64,000 bases of DNA, taken from the NCBI GenBank assembly GCA_024679065.1, contig JAGIQG010000006.1, forward strand, positions 47,802,001 to 47,866,000, read 5' to 3'. The notes under the pieces are model-generated. The model was not told the origin of the DNA. It saw only the letters and a list, made by a program, of their open reading frames with translations, and made no database searches. Shown in pieces: positions 51,748-64,000 of the stretch (its first letter is position 1; each line of letters starts with the position of its first letter). Source of the stretch: Sphyrna mokarran (Eukaryota). The position numbers and the translations under genes were made by a program.

Positions 51748-52548
51748 TGTTGGTCTAGTTTAAAGGATTAGGTATTATCAAAGTCTAAATGAACCTTACT
51801 GCATGAGGAATAAGATGTCAAAATAAGTCTGTTAGAAATGCAAACTCTGCTTCTTGCATGAAGCACTCCCAGTAGTCAAAGAACTCTGAATTGCTGATCT
51901 GAAACTCAGGAACCAAATAAACCTTTTAAACCCACCCAAAAAAGCTACCTAATTAAAAAAAAGGGAAATCCACTCTGGCATGAAACACAATCTGCAAGCA
52001 TTTTATTGCTCACACGACACATTATTCCAGTTAATTGCCTGATTAATGAGCTTAAACACCTAATTTAATGATATTTAAATTTTGTGCCAGTCTCCTGATT
52101 TTTCAGCCCCACCCATCAGCCATATTATCCCGAACTGGCATGATGACATTGGTAACGTGACCCGATGTCATCATGCCCGATAAAAAGTCAGCGTGCATGC
52201 ATAGAGCTTCCCTATTGAATCCATGGATTGATTCTTGCAATTTGGTGCAAAGGATTACCAGCACATACTGTAAAATGAAATGTTAGGTATGTGGACATGT
52301 AACAAGATCTGCCTGAATGTTATCTGTCTATTTTTCTACTATGCATCACAACAAACAGATCATTGACATCCAACATGAGGAAAAATATTTCCCATAAGGT
52401 GCAGTTATCCTGCTGCAGTTTATCCTATCATGATGACATTTCCCCTGCACAGTCTAATTATTTTAAGTGCTTTAAAAATAATTGATTGCAAAGCCGGATC
52501 AAAACATCTACCCCCAATGAGTAGACAATACTGTTGGTAATGATTCTG

Positions 52549-52730
52549 ATGTGGAGATGCCAGTGTTGGACTGGGGTGGGCACAGTAAGAAATCTCACAA
52601 CACCGGGTTAAAGTCCAACAGATTTATTTGGTAGCACGACTTTTCAGAGCATTGCTCCTTCACCCCCTGATGAAGGAGCAATATTCTGAAAGCTCGTGCC
52701 ACCAAATAAACCTGGTGTACTTTAACCTGA
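52549..52730. mobile_element. Palindromic Penelope-derived short element with hammerhead core and 11-bp TSD
   Basis: TSD taatgattctg (52538-52548, 52731-52741); core ctgatgaaggagcaatattctgaaagctcgtg at 52667-52698; inverted arms. Confidence 0.85.
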
Positions 52731-52769
52731 TAATGATTCTGTTATCCTCATTTGCATCTCCAGTAAACA

Positions 52770-53055
52770 TATCTTTTGTTTTTTGTCTTCTCCCATTGCC
52801 TTCACCTTTTGCTTTGCACTGGTATTCTTTCATCATTTAATAATTTCTGCCTTTTGTCCAAATTATTGAACCTTTGTTCTTTTAAGCCACATTTCTCCCA
52901 CTTCTACGCTTGCTTAGCACCTGTTACATCTCTAAACTTCTCCAGTTCTGAAATAACGCTGATTCTCCCTTCATAGGTAATGCTGACCTGCTGAGTATTT
53001 TCCAGCATCTTAGTTTTATTTCTGATTTCCAGCATCCACATTTCTCTTTTGTGTT
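52770..53055 (+). mobile_element. Penelope-like 3' tail fragment
   Basis: Pyrimidine-rich UTR then tgacctgctgagtattttccagcat..ttttatttctgatttccagcatcc. Confidence 0.6.
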
Positions 53056-55529
53056 AAAAATATCAGAAGTTGAGAACATTGGTAACGTGACCTGATATCA
53101 TCATGCCCGATAACATGAGAAGTTCAGAAGTTGGTAGCTTGAGTTAGGAAATTCCCTGGCTTAATGCACTCACTTGAGGAAAAAGTCTCCTGAATGGAGA
53201 GACTTTCATTCCAGTGAGCGTGCATGAGATAAAGTCAGATCTGTCATTCAAGATGCAGACCAGAGGTGCCCGCATGGGATGCTGAATACTGAAGCGGGCT
53301 GGATACTGAAAAGGCCAGCCTTAGTTCTATGAGACTTTGTTACATTTGTGTCGATATGTATCTATTGAAATTACTAGAACAGATTTTCTTCATTTTGACA
53401 GTCACAGGCAGGCAATTATTTTTCAAAAATTGAAGGACAAAATTTAAACTACTTGGAACTACTTAACAGTTCTATACACTAGATTCGTCCTTCATGAGCA
53501 TGGACCACTGTAAAGTCACGGAAAATGCAATATGGATTGAAGTCATTCCTGGAACAAAAATTGGGATCTGTTAATATGTAAGTTTTATTTATTTATTAGT
53601 ATCATAAGTAGGCTGGCATTAACACTGCAATGAAGAGACTGTGAAAATCCACTAAAATGGGATCTGTCAGAAATCAGGCCAGAACTTTCCAAGTCCATTT
53701 TAAATGCCCGAAGTCCCAAAGTCTCATAACTCCATGAAAATCTGGCCCACACACAGCATACATAGTGACCAGTTACGGGAAACTGAAAGAAGGTTTAACA
53801 GTCAATGCACGCAAACCATTAAATGGAAGAAATAGTATTTCTTCCAGCTCACCATAAGCAATGCCATGGAAGTATCCAATAATACTAGAAAAATTTCAAA
53901 TTTATGTGTTTGCTTTAAGTATCACATTGCTTTCTGTTTCCTGTTCTCTTATATTTATCCAATCATGCTCTTTCAATTCTGCTTTCACGTCATTGTTAAA
54001 TTTACATCAGATTTTACATATCTCACATTAAGTTTCCAGACTTGGTCTCCAAGGGCTGTTGTGTTGCTTTACTTACTTAGGAGACCTGCTGATTATGTTT
54101 GCACTTGACAGTGCTCCTATTACTGACCAATGCTGAATGCTAACTGCTCTAACCCTGTTGCTTTCCTCTTATGGCTGTTGATTTTCTCCTTCTATTGCAT
54201 CGTTGTTAGCTTCAAAATGGTACTTTGCAGACCTTCACTTAATAGTTCATGCTAACTATGCAGTGCCCAGTAAATTCCATTTTGGATTGGTTCCATTTAC
54301 CTCAATTTGTCCATTAAGGTCTGTATCATATCTACTGCAGCACCTGCTCCATGCTTCCCTCCAGAACTTTAACACTAGCTCATTCTTCCATCTCAATGCC
54401 ACCAACCTTACTGTTATTGTCTCTCTCCTGTCATCTACTATGTATCACAGCCATCAAAACTGAAGAGAATATATGATTCAAAAGGAAAGGCTGGAATACC
54501 ACCAATGAGAAACTATTAAGAAGGCTTATGAAAATAACCAATCCTAAATTATCAGTTAGGGCAATGCACCAGTAGCAAAACACTGAAGAAGAACCATAAA
54601 ATTGTCCAACATTCTTTTTGAAAGAAAATTGTACTCATTTATTTCTCAGTCGTTTAAATCTCAAATGTCAAAAATAATGTTTATACAAGATAAAAACATC
54701 AACACATTATACATTTCACAACAATCTGGCTAAATTTACCCATTGAACTGCATCCTGTGTCTTTTAATAAGTTTGTTGAAACCTTAGCCGGTCTCATAAG
54801 CAAAAGATTTAAGAACTTTTTTAAAATTCTGTTGCGCTCAGAATGTAATATATTTCAAGCATGTGCTTTTTACAATTTGCCTGCATGCATTTGGATTCCC
54901 TGGTCTCATACTGTAAAGTCCTACACTTTCAAATTTGATGCAATTTTGTACCAGCATAAATTCTGTGTTTTAAAAATATTTACTGCCTGGCTCTTTCATC
55001 TGTTTCCCTTTTCAAACATTGCTTCATAGTCCCAAATGTCAAGATTTATATGGGTGCTGATTGTAATCTTCTTCACTCATTATAGCATCCACCCCAATTG
55101 TGGGCAGTCATGATAAAGATTAACTAGATCAGAAGGAAGGAAATCAGATATTAGCTGCTATTTGAGGGTGAAACATCAATGTTACGTTCCCAAGTAATGC
55201 ATCTCGACTAAGTCTTCTTTGATTAATCAGAGTAAATTTGTTACCTAACTCAAAATAGCAGTTCCAGATTATCCCCATGACTCGGCAAAACTCCCAGTGA
55301 TGCTTTGGTAGAAACCCAGCAAATTTATTGAGATATCTCCTAATCCAGTCCTGTCAAATCAAGATGCACAGAAGTTATGAAACTAGTTTCAACCCATTTA
55401 CTAACTCTGTAGTTATAATCTTATATAGAATTTAAATAAGGATTGTTAACTTATCTTTGCGAGAAATCCTAACCATTCTTCTCTTTTTTTCTTCCCCCAA
55501 TATGGATTTCAAAATACTCAATCTTTACA

Positions 55530-55738
55530 CAGAACATAGAACGTTACGACACAGTACAGGCCCTTCTGCCCTTGATGTTGCGCCGACCAATGGAACCAAT
55601 CTAATGACCCTCTAACCTAAATTATTTCAATGTTATCTATATGCTATCCACTGACCATTGGAACACCCTTAAAGTTGGCGAGTCCACAACTGCTACAGGC
55701 AGGGCATTCCACACCCTTATTACCCTCTGAGTAAATCT
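55530..55738 (-). mobile_element. CR1 3' end fragment
   Basis: agaacatagaac..cagtacaggcccttc..ggcagggcattccacaccc. Confidence 0.85.
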
Positions 55739-55739
55739 A

Positions 55740-56975
55740 AACACCCTCTCTCAAAAATAATCTTAATCCTCCAACCCCAAAGCTGCAGCTCCCAACACAA
55801 AACACCAATATATATGGAACACAATATGTATGGTACCATCCAGCCACATTGAACCATCCATGGAAATAGTACGCGGGCACCAGGTTGGACTCCTGACTTG
55901 GCTCTTTATTTGTGTGGAGCCTGGGTATTCCAGTTTCCTCCCTCATTCCAAAAATGTGCGAGTTAGGTAGATTGACCATACTAAATTGTCCTTCAGTATA
56001 CCCTTCCACAGTAACTTCATTACAGTGTTAATATAAGTGACTTGGGATGCTAATAAATAAATAATTTGTCAAAGAGGTCATTTTGTACTGTCAGCAAAAA
56101 TTCTTGCCTCATGATAAACCTAGAAAACCTTCCTGTTAGACAAGGATGGTCCTACACCCCCTTGCTCCACTAACTAATGCCCCCACTCCGGCTCATTACA
56201 GACTACCCTAATCCACATCATGCCAGCCTGCCCACCACAACATAAAACACCCTCAAACAATAAGTCATTCCATTCCACGAGCTCTTGTAGCCCTCTTTCA
56301 TCCCAATAGACACATACACAGCAGGCAAAAGACATGGGAAGACAACAAACAACCCTTCAACCCATTACCTACCCATCAACATCCCTATCAAGAAACCCCA
56401 AAGAATCTCCCCCCCCTTACCTCCTGACCTGTTTCCAGTAACCCACCTGCTACACTCTGAAAAAGCCTCCAAACCAGAGAATTACTCAGCAACAGACACA
56501 AAAACCTCCCCAGCCAAGAAACTCAAAAAAATTATCCAACACACATACCACCTTGACATCCATCTTAACCCCCAGAAACACAATAAAAGTCTCCAACCTA
56601 GTAGTCCCTTCCCCCTAACACACACCACCTCAACAACCACCTCTCCACAACCATCAAAAACAAGGTAGAATCCACACACCCACTAATCTCTTCCTCCAAC
56701 ACCTTCACCGCCCACCCCTCCATTTCACCTTAAATGAATATACTCACTCCCCCCATTCACTGCCCCTCACAAGAAAAAAACTAATGTGAGTAATAATTTT
56801 AAAAAAGAAAAAAGCCCAGGAGATAAGAAGACAACAAGCCACAGCATAAAAGCAAGACATCACAGGGGTTGGATGTGAACCGGACAAAAAGAGGCAGAGA
56901 ACGAAGAAAAGGGGACATGTCTCTTTTTGTCCAACCCCAAAAGCCCTCCATCTCCAATTCACTCAGTGCTGTCCT
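55740..56975 (-). mobile_element. Highly decayed L1-clade LINE remnant (tentative) with V-SINE at about 55870-56065 (+)
   Basis: Strong C/A skew; minus-strand GVGQKETCPLFFVL resembles RT motif GxRQGCPLSPLLF. Confidence 0.4.
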
Positions 56976-56979
56976 GAAG

Positions 56980-57250
56980 TGAGGTCATTTAGTCCTAAGA
57001 TAAGGAGAAACTTCTTCATTTAAAGCATGGTGAACCTGTGGAATTCTCAATCACAGAAGGCTGTGGAGGCCAAGTCACTGAATATATTTCAAAAGAAAAT
57101 AGATAAGACTTTTAGACTCCAAAAAAATCAAGTGGTACAGGGACAGTGTGCAAGTATGACATTGACTTAAATGATCAGCAACGATCATACCAAAGGTGGA
57201 ACAGGCTTGAAGGGCCAAATAATATACCCCTGCTCCTATTTCTATGTGTT
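56980..57250 (+). mobile_element. CR1 3' end fragment
   Basis: aggagaaacttcttc..gtgaacctgtggaattctc..ggctgtggaggccaagtcactgaatatattt. Confidence 0.85.
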
Positions 57251-57694
57251 GAAGTTTCTGGAATGGTGCTTGTCTTAATGGGTGAACGTGCAATCCATTG
57301 AGCAGAGACTGATCCCTTCTGAAGTAAATACAAGGTGGGACATTTTGGTTAAAAAATAACAAAAGGGAAAAAAGCTGGGTAATGTGGAAGACCAGAGGCA
57401 TTTGAGGAAAACCTTTACAGCAGCACCTCTTGATGCCCGAAATGCCTCAGTAATGCTCACATTTTCCTGCCCTCTGATTCAGCCAGCAGCATTGGGAACC
57501 TGTCACCCAAAGTACGCTATTGGACAGTGAGACCAGAGGTAGCCAAGTAAGAGGCTGCCTCTGGATTTCAACAGATTCCAAGGGATACAACTTTTAGCCA
57601 ACAGATTTAAACATTTGCTGCATCTTGCCAATGTTTCTTGATTAATTTCTTCTTGTGTTAATGACACTGGAGAAGGTATTGCCAAGGTTAATAT

Positions 57695-58050
57695 AGTCAT
57701 AGAGGTTTACAGCACGGAAATAGGCCTTTCAGCCCAACATGTCCATGCCACCCAGTTTTTACCTCTAAGCTAGTCCCAATTGCCCCCATTTGGCCCATGT
57801 CCCTCTATACCCATCTTATCCATGTAACTGTCTAAGTGCTTTTAAAAGACAAAATTGTACCTGCCACTACTACTGTTCTGGCAGATCATTCCAGAAACTC
57901 ATCACCTTCTGAGTGAAAGAATTGCCCCTCTGGATTCTCTTATATCTGTCCTCTCTCACTTTAAACATATGCCCTCTAGTTTAGACTCCTCTGCCTTTGG
58001 GAAAAGATGTTGACTAACTACCTTAGCTTTGCCCCTCATTATTTTATAGG
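57695..58050 (-). mobile_element. CR1 3' end fragment
   Basis: Reverse complement of the subfamily tail seen at 49000-49363. Confidence 0.88.
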
Positions 58051-58099
58051 CTATATGTACTTGTTTTGCTCCTTTGTTGCAGTGGGAACATATGGCGAA

Positions 58100-60375
58100 C
58101 AGCGGCCACAATTCCCTAAGTTTTCAGACATTCATGGAAAAGGACAAGTATTCTCCTAAGATTTAAGTGCTAAATTGGGGGAAGGTTAATGATAACCAGA
58201 TTAGGCAGGATTTGGAGACTGTTGTTTGGGATAGGCTGTTTGAGGGTAAATCCACATCTGGCATGTGGGAGTCTTTTAACGGGCAGTTGATCTGAGTGCA
58301 GGACAGGCAAGTGCCTGTGAAAAGGAAGAACAAGAAAGACAAGATTTGGGAACAGTCGATGACCAAGAAAATTGCGAGGCTAGTGAAAAAGAAAAAGATG
58401 CATACGTAAGGTCTAGGCAACTAATAATTGATGAAGCTCTTGAAGATTACAGGGAAAATGGAAAATAACTCATACAGGGAGTTAGAAGGAATCACAAAAT
58501 GTCCTTGTCAGACAGGATTAAGGAAAATCCCAAGATGTGGAGATGCTGCCACTGGACTGAGGTGGGCGCAGTAAGAAGTCTCACAACACCACGTTAAAGT
58601 CCAACAGGTTTATTTGGTAGCACAGGTTTTCAAAGCACTGCTCCTTCATCAGCTGAGTCACTCACCCACTCACTTGATTCTTAATGAGTAAGGATTCTTA
58701 ATGATCCTTAATGATAAGATCCTTAATGAGTACTTTACATTGGTATTCATAAAAGGAGGGGCACATTGATTAATGGTGTCTCAGAGGGGTATGTAAACTT
58801 CTAAAACAAGTTGTCAGTAAGAGAGAGGAAGTGTTAGGTATATTAAAAAGCATTTAGGTAGACAAATCCCCAGGGCCAGCTGGCATCTATCCCTGATTAC
58901 TGAGTGAGACAAGAGGAAATTGCTGGGCCTCTAACATAAATCTTTATTTCCTTGTTGGCCACAGGTGATATCCCAGAGGATTATTTTATAGACTATATGT
59001 GCTTGCTTTGCTTATTTGTTGCAGTGGGGAATGTACACTGAACAGTGTTGTCCTGTTATTTAAGAAGGGTAGCAAGAATAACGCGGGTACATATAGGCCA
59101 GCGAGCTTGACATCAGTGATAGCGAAATTGCTGAAGAAGATTCTTAGGATCAGGATCTATACATATTTGGAACTAACAGCGTGGTTTTGGGAAGTCATAT
59201 CTCACTAATTTGACTGACTTTTTTGAGGAGGTGAAAAACATGATTGATGAAGGAAGGGCCATGAATGTTTTCTACATGGACTTTAGTAAAGCATTTGACA
59301 CGTTCCCTCCTGGCAGACTGGTGCAAAAGGTTAAATCAGAGGATCAAGGGTGAACTAGCTAGATGGATTCAGAACAGGCTTGGTCATCAAAGACAGAGAG
59401 TAACAGTGAAAGTGTTTTTCTGATTGGAGGTCCGTAGCTAGTGATATTTGCAAAGATCAGTGCTGGGACTTGTGCTGCTTGTAATATATATAAATGATCT
59501 GGAGGTAAATGTAGCTGGTCTGATTAACAAGTTTGCAGATGTTAATAAGGTTGCTAGAATTGCGGACAGTGATGAAGGTTGCCAGAGAATACAGCAGAAT
59601 ATAGGCTGGAAAATTGACTGAAGAAATGGCAGATAGAATTGAATCCGGACAAATGTGAGATGATGCATTTTGATAGATCCAATTCAGGTCGGAGCTATAA
59701 AATAAATGGCAGAATGATCAGGAGCATAGAACACTGGGATCTGGGAGTACAGGTCCAAAGATCTTTAAAAATGGCAGCGCAGGTGGAAAAGGTAGTTAAA
59801 AAGCATACGGCATGCTGGCCTTCATTGAACAGGGTATTGAGTGTAAAAGTTGGCAAATTATGTTATATAAACTTTGGTTAGGCCACATTTGGAATACTGC
59901 ATCCAATTCTAGTTGCCACACCTCCAGAAGGATGTTAAGGCTTTGGAAGGAGTACAGAAAAGGTTTACCAGGATGTTGCCTATTGAGGGTATTAGCTATG
60001 AGAAGAAACTGAGTAAATTGAGATTGTTCTCCCTGGAAAGACAAAAGTTGAAGGGTGACCTGATAGAAATTTATAAAATTACGAGGGGCACAAAAGGTGA
60101 ACAGTTAGAAGTTTTTACCCAGGGCAGAAATGGCGATTACAAGGGAACACAAGTTCAAGGTATGGAAGGAAGGTTCAGTAGAGATTTGTCGGGGAAGCTT
60201 TTTTTTTTAACACCAAGGGTGGTGGGTGCCTGGGTTTGCTGCCAAGTGAAGCAGTTGTGGCAGATACATTTAGGACTTATCTGGATAGACATGAGAACAG
60301 GCACAAGAGGAATACAGACAAAGTGATTGGCCCAGGCTTGGTGGGCCAAAGGGCCTGTTCTTGTGCTGTACTGTT
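58100..60375 (+). mobile_element. CR1 LINE ORF2 remnant
   Basis: VVLLFKKGSKNNAGTYRPASLTSV, YMDFSKAFD, KFAD, NPDKCEMMHF, ALEGVQKRFTRMLP; tail gggccaaagggcctgttcttgtgctgta. Confidence 0.93.
58533..58676 (-). mobile_element. Penelope-derived short element (single arm) inserted in CR1, with hammerhead core
   Basis: gatgtggagatgc..gtaagaagtctcacaacacc..aaagtccaacaggtttatttggtagc; minus strand ctgatgaaggagcagtgctttgaaa at about 58628-58652. Confidence 0.85.
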
Positions 60376-60916
60376 ATTTATTATTTTGCTTTTGTTCCAC
60401 TTTGAGATGGAAATATCATTTATCATAAATCAAAATAACACTGGACATGTAAGCAAAATGTTTTTACGGTTCTGAAGAAAAGGCATGCAACATAATAATA
60501 TCATCATTGCACAGACAAAAACTTATTTCCACCCTTTTGTGTCAAATATTTCCTTTAATAAATTCCTAAGTACAGATTTAAAACAGACTCTTTAAACTTA
60601 CTATGCTATAATTGCATTCAGTGATGGCATATCTGTGGCATTTTGGATTTACATGTCTAAACTCCTCAGCTGAACTGCAGCGTCAATCCGACACTCCAAC
60701 TAATTCTACTTCCAACTTTTATAATAAGATTTCATAATAAGCTTTGGTGCTTTCCAAGTTTTGCTACATAAAATTTTAAAAAAGAATTGAATTACATTCC
60801 CTGCCATTTAATCTTGTTTCACCTAGAGATTAGACTTGTGTACCCATGCAATGCCATAGGTGAACAACATGTATTTTAAAAAATTACAGAAGAACATCAG
60901 TTCTTTGTACATCCTG

Positions 60917-61590
60917 AGGTGAATTTAATCAGCCTACAGGAGTGAATTACGAGGCAGCTTCCCAAACTGCTTGTAATTCATTTGTGAGTGGTAAGCATCG
61001 AGTGTGGCTGTCCCAACCAGAGGCCAATTAAAACCTTAAGTGGCCAATTAAGGCCTTCCCATTGCCATGCATGGGAAGGCCATGCATTAGAAAAGGGCCT
61101 CTTTGCTGCCTGGGGAGGTTTTAGACCCTCTTGATCAGGCACTCTGTGGACCAGGGATCTCCACCCTTCCTCACAACCCCTCCAATTACCACCTGCCCTC
61201 CCCAACCCATGATGATCACCCCTGCCCTCAACAATGACCATGCCACTTCATCATCTTGCCGTGCCTATCTAATTTGACTCTGGCAAACTTGACATATTTA
61301 CCTGGATTTTGGAGGTTCCTCTATTGTTGCTGGCCTAGGATAGTTGCAGTACCAGCTGTACCCATTACTCGAGATGGCACTGTTGGGACTTACAGGCCCT
61401 CGAATTAGCTGGCAGCTCTTGGAAGGGGAATCTTTTCTTTTAAAGGAACAGAAGCCCTGATGCTTCTGTTCAATTGCCAGGCAATTAATTGTCTCAATGG
61501 TGGAGAATTGCTTTGTTGGGCTTCCTAGAAACCTGACAAGGCTGGCCCCAACCTTCCAGCCCACTACTGGGGCCGTCTCCCCCATCTTTA
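60917..61590. mobile_element. Non-autonomous DNA element (Harbinger-like MITE family)
   Basis: Starts gaggtgaattt; contains ggccaattaaaaccttaagtggccaattaa and gcagtaccagc motifs resembling those in the other MITE-like copies. Confidence 0.45.
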
Positions 61591-62646
61591 CATTTAACCA
61601 TCTAAAAGTAAAAAGGTAACTCGACAATAGCTTCAACTCTGAAGAATTGGTTTAAAAACATGGAAATAAAGGAAATCAATCAAGAACAAAAGTATCTCAA
61701 TAAATAACATACTTAGCAGGTATTCAAAAATCACAACAAGTATTCAAAAATTAAAATAAAAAAGTCCATTATGCCATAGTAAGCACTAAAGCATATTGGA
61801 TTATTGTACAAATAAAAACAACTGGAGTCATTTTCAACATTGTCAGCTGGGTGGTAATCTGTTGCAGCAGTTTGCCCAACTGTTATAGAACCTGCTAAAA
61901 TTTGAAACCAGGACATCATGTAAATAAGCTTGTAAAAATAGAATGACAACAATTCCAAAACAAAAGCTTATTTGCAATATCTGAATTTTCATCTCTTACT
62001 GAAGAGGCATCAATATGAAGGAGATAATGTTGATACAGGACAATAGGAAGACAGAAGTAATATGATTCAGGAGAAAATGTCTTAAGTGTTGAAACAGCAA
62101 ATATCCCATCTAGTTTACTCTACTGGTTTGTTGACATACTTATGTCTATAGAGAAAGAAGAAGGGTTCAACACAATGAAATCTTTTCATTAAGAAATCTT
62201 GTTTGTCAAGCCCAAATATCAGCAGAGTTATATTGAGCATGGTTCATTACTGACCATTTCATGAAATGAATAAAGCAGCAAATTAAAATCCTACAAATAA
62301 TAATATAACAGCACTGAAAATATTCACAAAAATCTTGAATTTGTCTGCTGAACATATATGACTATTACTGCATTCTGCACTTCACACAGTTGAGAACTTG
62401 ACTTTACACAATTGATTGCAACTGGTTGTTTCTTGTGCCTGAAGTGGAATTAAACCAATTAAAATAATAGAGTGTCTAATCAAGAGACTGATTTACCCTC
62501 CAAAAATTACCCACTGTATGATTAAATGCATCATTCTCCATTAACCATAAAGCACTTTTTTTTTTAAAGTGTAGGCAAAGCATTTAACAATGATATTTTG
62601 TTTTTTTATTATTGCAGGAACTTGTTCCATGCAGTATATGGAGAGA

Positions 62647-62835
62647 TGATGTGGAGATGCTGGCGTTGGACTGGGGTAAACACAGTAAGAAGTCTAGCAA
62701 CACCAGGTTTAAGTCCAACCGATTTATTTGATAGTTTGCCCCTTCGTCAGGTGAAGGGGCAAACCCTGAAAGCTTGCCAGTTTACTATCAAATAAATCAG
62801 TTGGACTTAAACTTGGTGTTGTCAGACTTCGTACT
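62647..62835. mobile_element. Palindromic Penelope-derived short element with 13-bp TSD
   Basis: TSD gtatatggagaga (62634-62646, 62836-62848); arms about 62682-62735 and 62785-62837; centre tttgccccttcgtcaggtgaaggggcaaa is two fused, opposed hammerhead halves. Confidence 0.88.
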
Positions 62836-64000
62836 GTATATGGAGAGAAATATGGATATTCAATTTCTCCATTATAGTATTTTGGATTAAATAGTTTTCA
62901 CTGCGTATTAAAAGTTTGGTCATGTATGTCTTCTCTATGGAAGGCATAAAGCTGCTGGACATGTACCAAATTCAAACTAAGAGAGATATATCTAGGTTAT
63001 AGTGAGAAAACAACACCAACACCATATGATCATAACAACACCAATGGAGATACTGATCTGATAGGTCTTGAAAAATTAACTAATTTGCAAAATTACCTAG
63101 TCAGGATGTTGTATCACTTATTGGCAAAAGTGATTAAGTCATAAGCCCTTAAACTCTGCCTTAAGCTGTGTTTTCAAGGTAATTTTTAATTAATTCTTCA
63201 TTCTAGCTCGCCCTCATCCCATATCCAATGCCGCTCAACCCTTCCCCCTCTCATACTACTGGCCCATCATTCCACCCGCCCATGGCATCCCCACAGTATT
63301 TGAAGTAAGAAGACTGGGATATTGGGAAGGAGAGTGGCAATAGGTTATGTGAGGTGGGGTGCAGTGACCTGGAGGTGCAAATGGTATGTTTAGCAGCACT
63401 ATGTGCTACAAGTTGTGAAGACACACCTAATTTAAAGGGATGTGCAAATAAATCAGTGTAAAACAGTAGTTAAGTCCTGGAGAAACAGCCTGAATTTACA
63501 TGCAAATCATGTTTACATGGCCAACCAGAAATTCTGATTACATTGCAGTTCTTAATAGCAGCGAACGTCTGTGTTTGCTGTTCTTGGGACCGGAAGAGCT
63601 AGGTCATTATCTTTGGTCCCCTTGCTATAGCTCTGACAACAAATAGGTTGAACTCCAGGTGACTCTCAAGGCGTGCCTAAAAGGAGCTTGACACATCCAA
63701 GCTAAAAGCTACTGACATTGGACAAAGATGAGGATAGATACAATGCTCCTTGACATTGAACAGATTGTCATACTGACTGCCTAGACTCTAGTATGAACCA
63801 CAGTGATTTGAATGATCTACCGTAAGATAATCTAGGTTTACCGATAGTAAAACTCCCTACAACTGAGCTTATCTCTTTAAATTTCATTTGCAGATTAACT
63901 TCCTCTTCTACCAGTGTCTTCCCTACATTTGGCCTAATCACTATCTGGATCTGGGAATAAAGATGCAAATGAACTGACCCAAGAAATTAACTTATAGAAA

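Larger units (their letters stand above)
46850..53321. mobile_element. Decayed autonomous PIF/Harbinger DNA transposon (convergent Myb and transposase genes), boundaries tentative
   Basis: Myb/SANT remnant (+) and DDE transposase remnant (-) face each other; weak inverted similarity between 46850-46920 and 53230-53321. Confidence 0.6.

Overview
This is eukaryotic, repeat-rich intronic DNA from a vertebrate. The repeat repertoire (HE1/V-SINE-type SINEs, CR1 LINEs, Penelope elements) points to a cartilaginous fish, probably a shark; this is inferred, not proven. The only host coding sequence I can support is one 120-nt phase-0 exon of FAM172A/ARB2A on the minus strand (46253-46372), so the window most likely lies in two long introns of that gene. 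The rest is a nested transposon landscape. It includes a decayed endogenous retrovirus (pro-RT-RNaseH-IN-env-PPT-3'LTR, about 29.1-36.5 kb), a decayed two-gene PIF/Harbinger element (Myb/SANT gene plus DDE transposase, about 46.9-53.3 kb) with related MITEs, and a fold-back Penelope element (25.9-28.3 kb). It also has four short Penelope-derived elements carrying minimal hammerhead-ribozyme cores (three of them palindromic), many CR1/L2/Rex1 fragments and a 145-bp inverted repeat with an 84-bp perfect core. Several repeat-free blocks may be conserved enhancers. Almost all ORFs in the supplied track are spurious or TE remnants. I found no prokaryotic system, CRISPR array or rRNA. All family assignments come from motif recognition by eye, and most TE boundaries are approximate.
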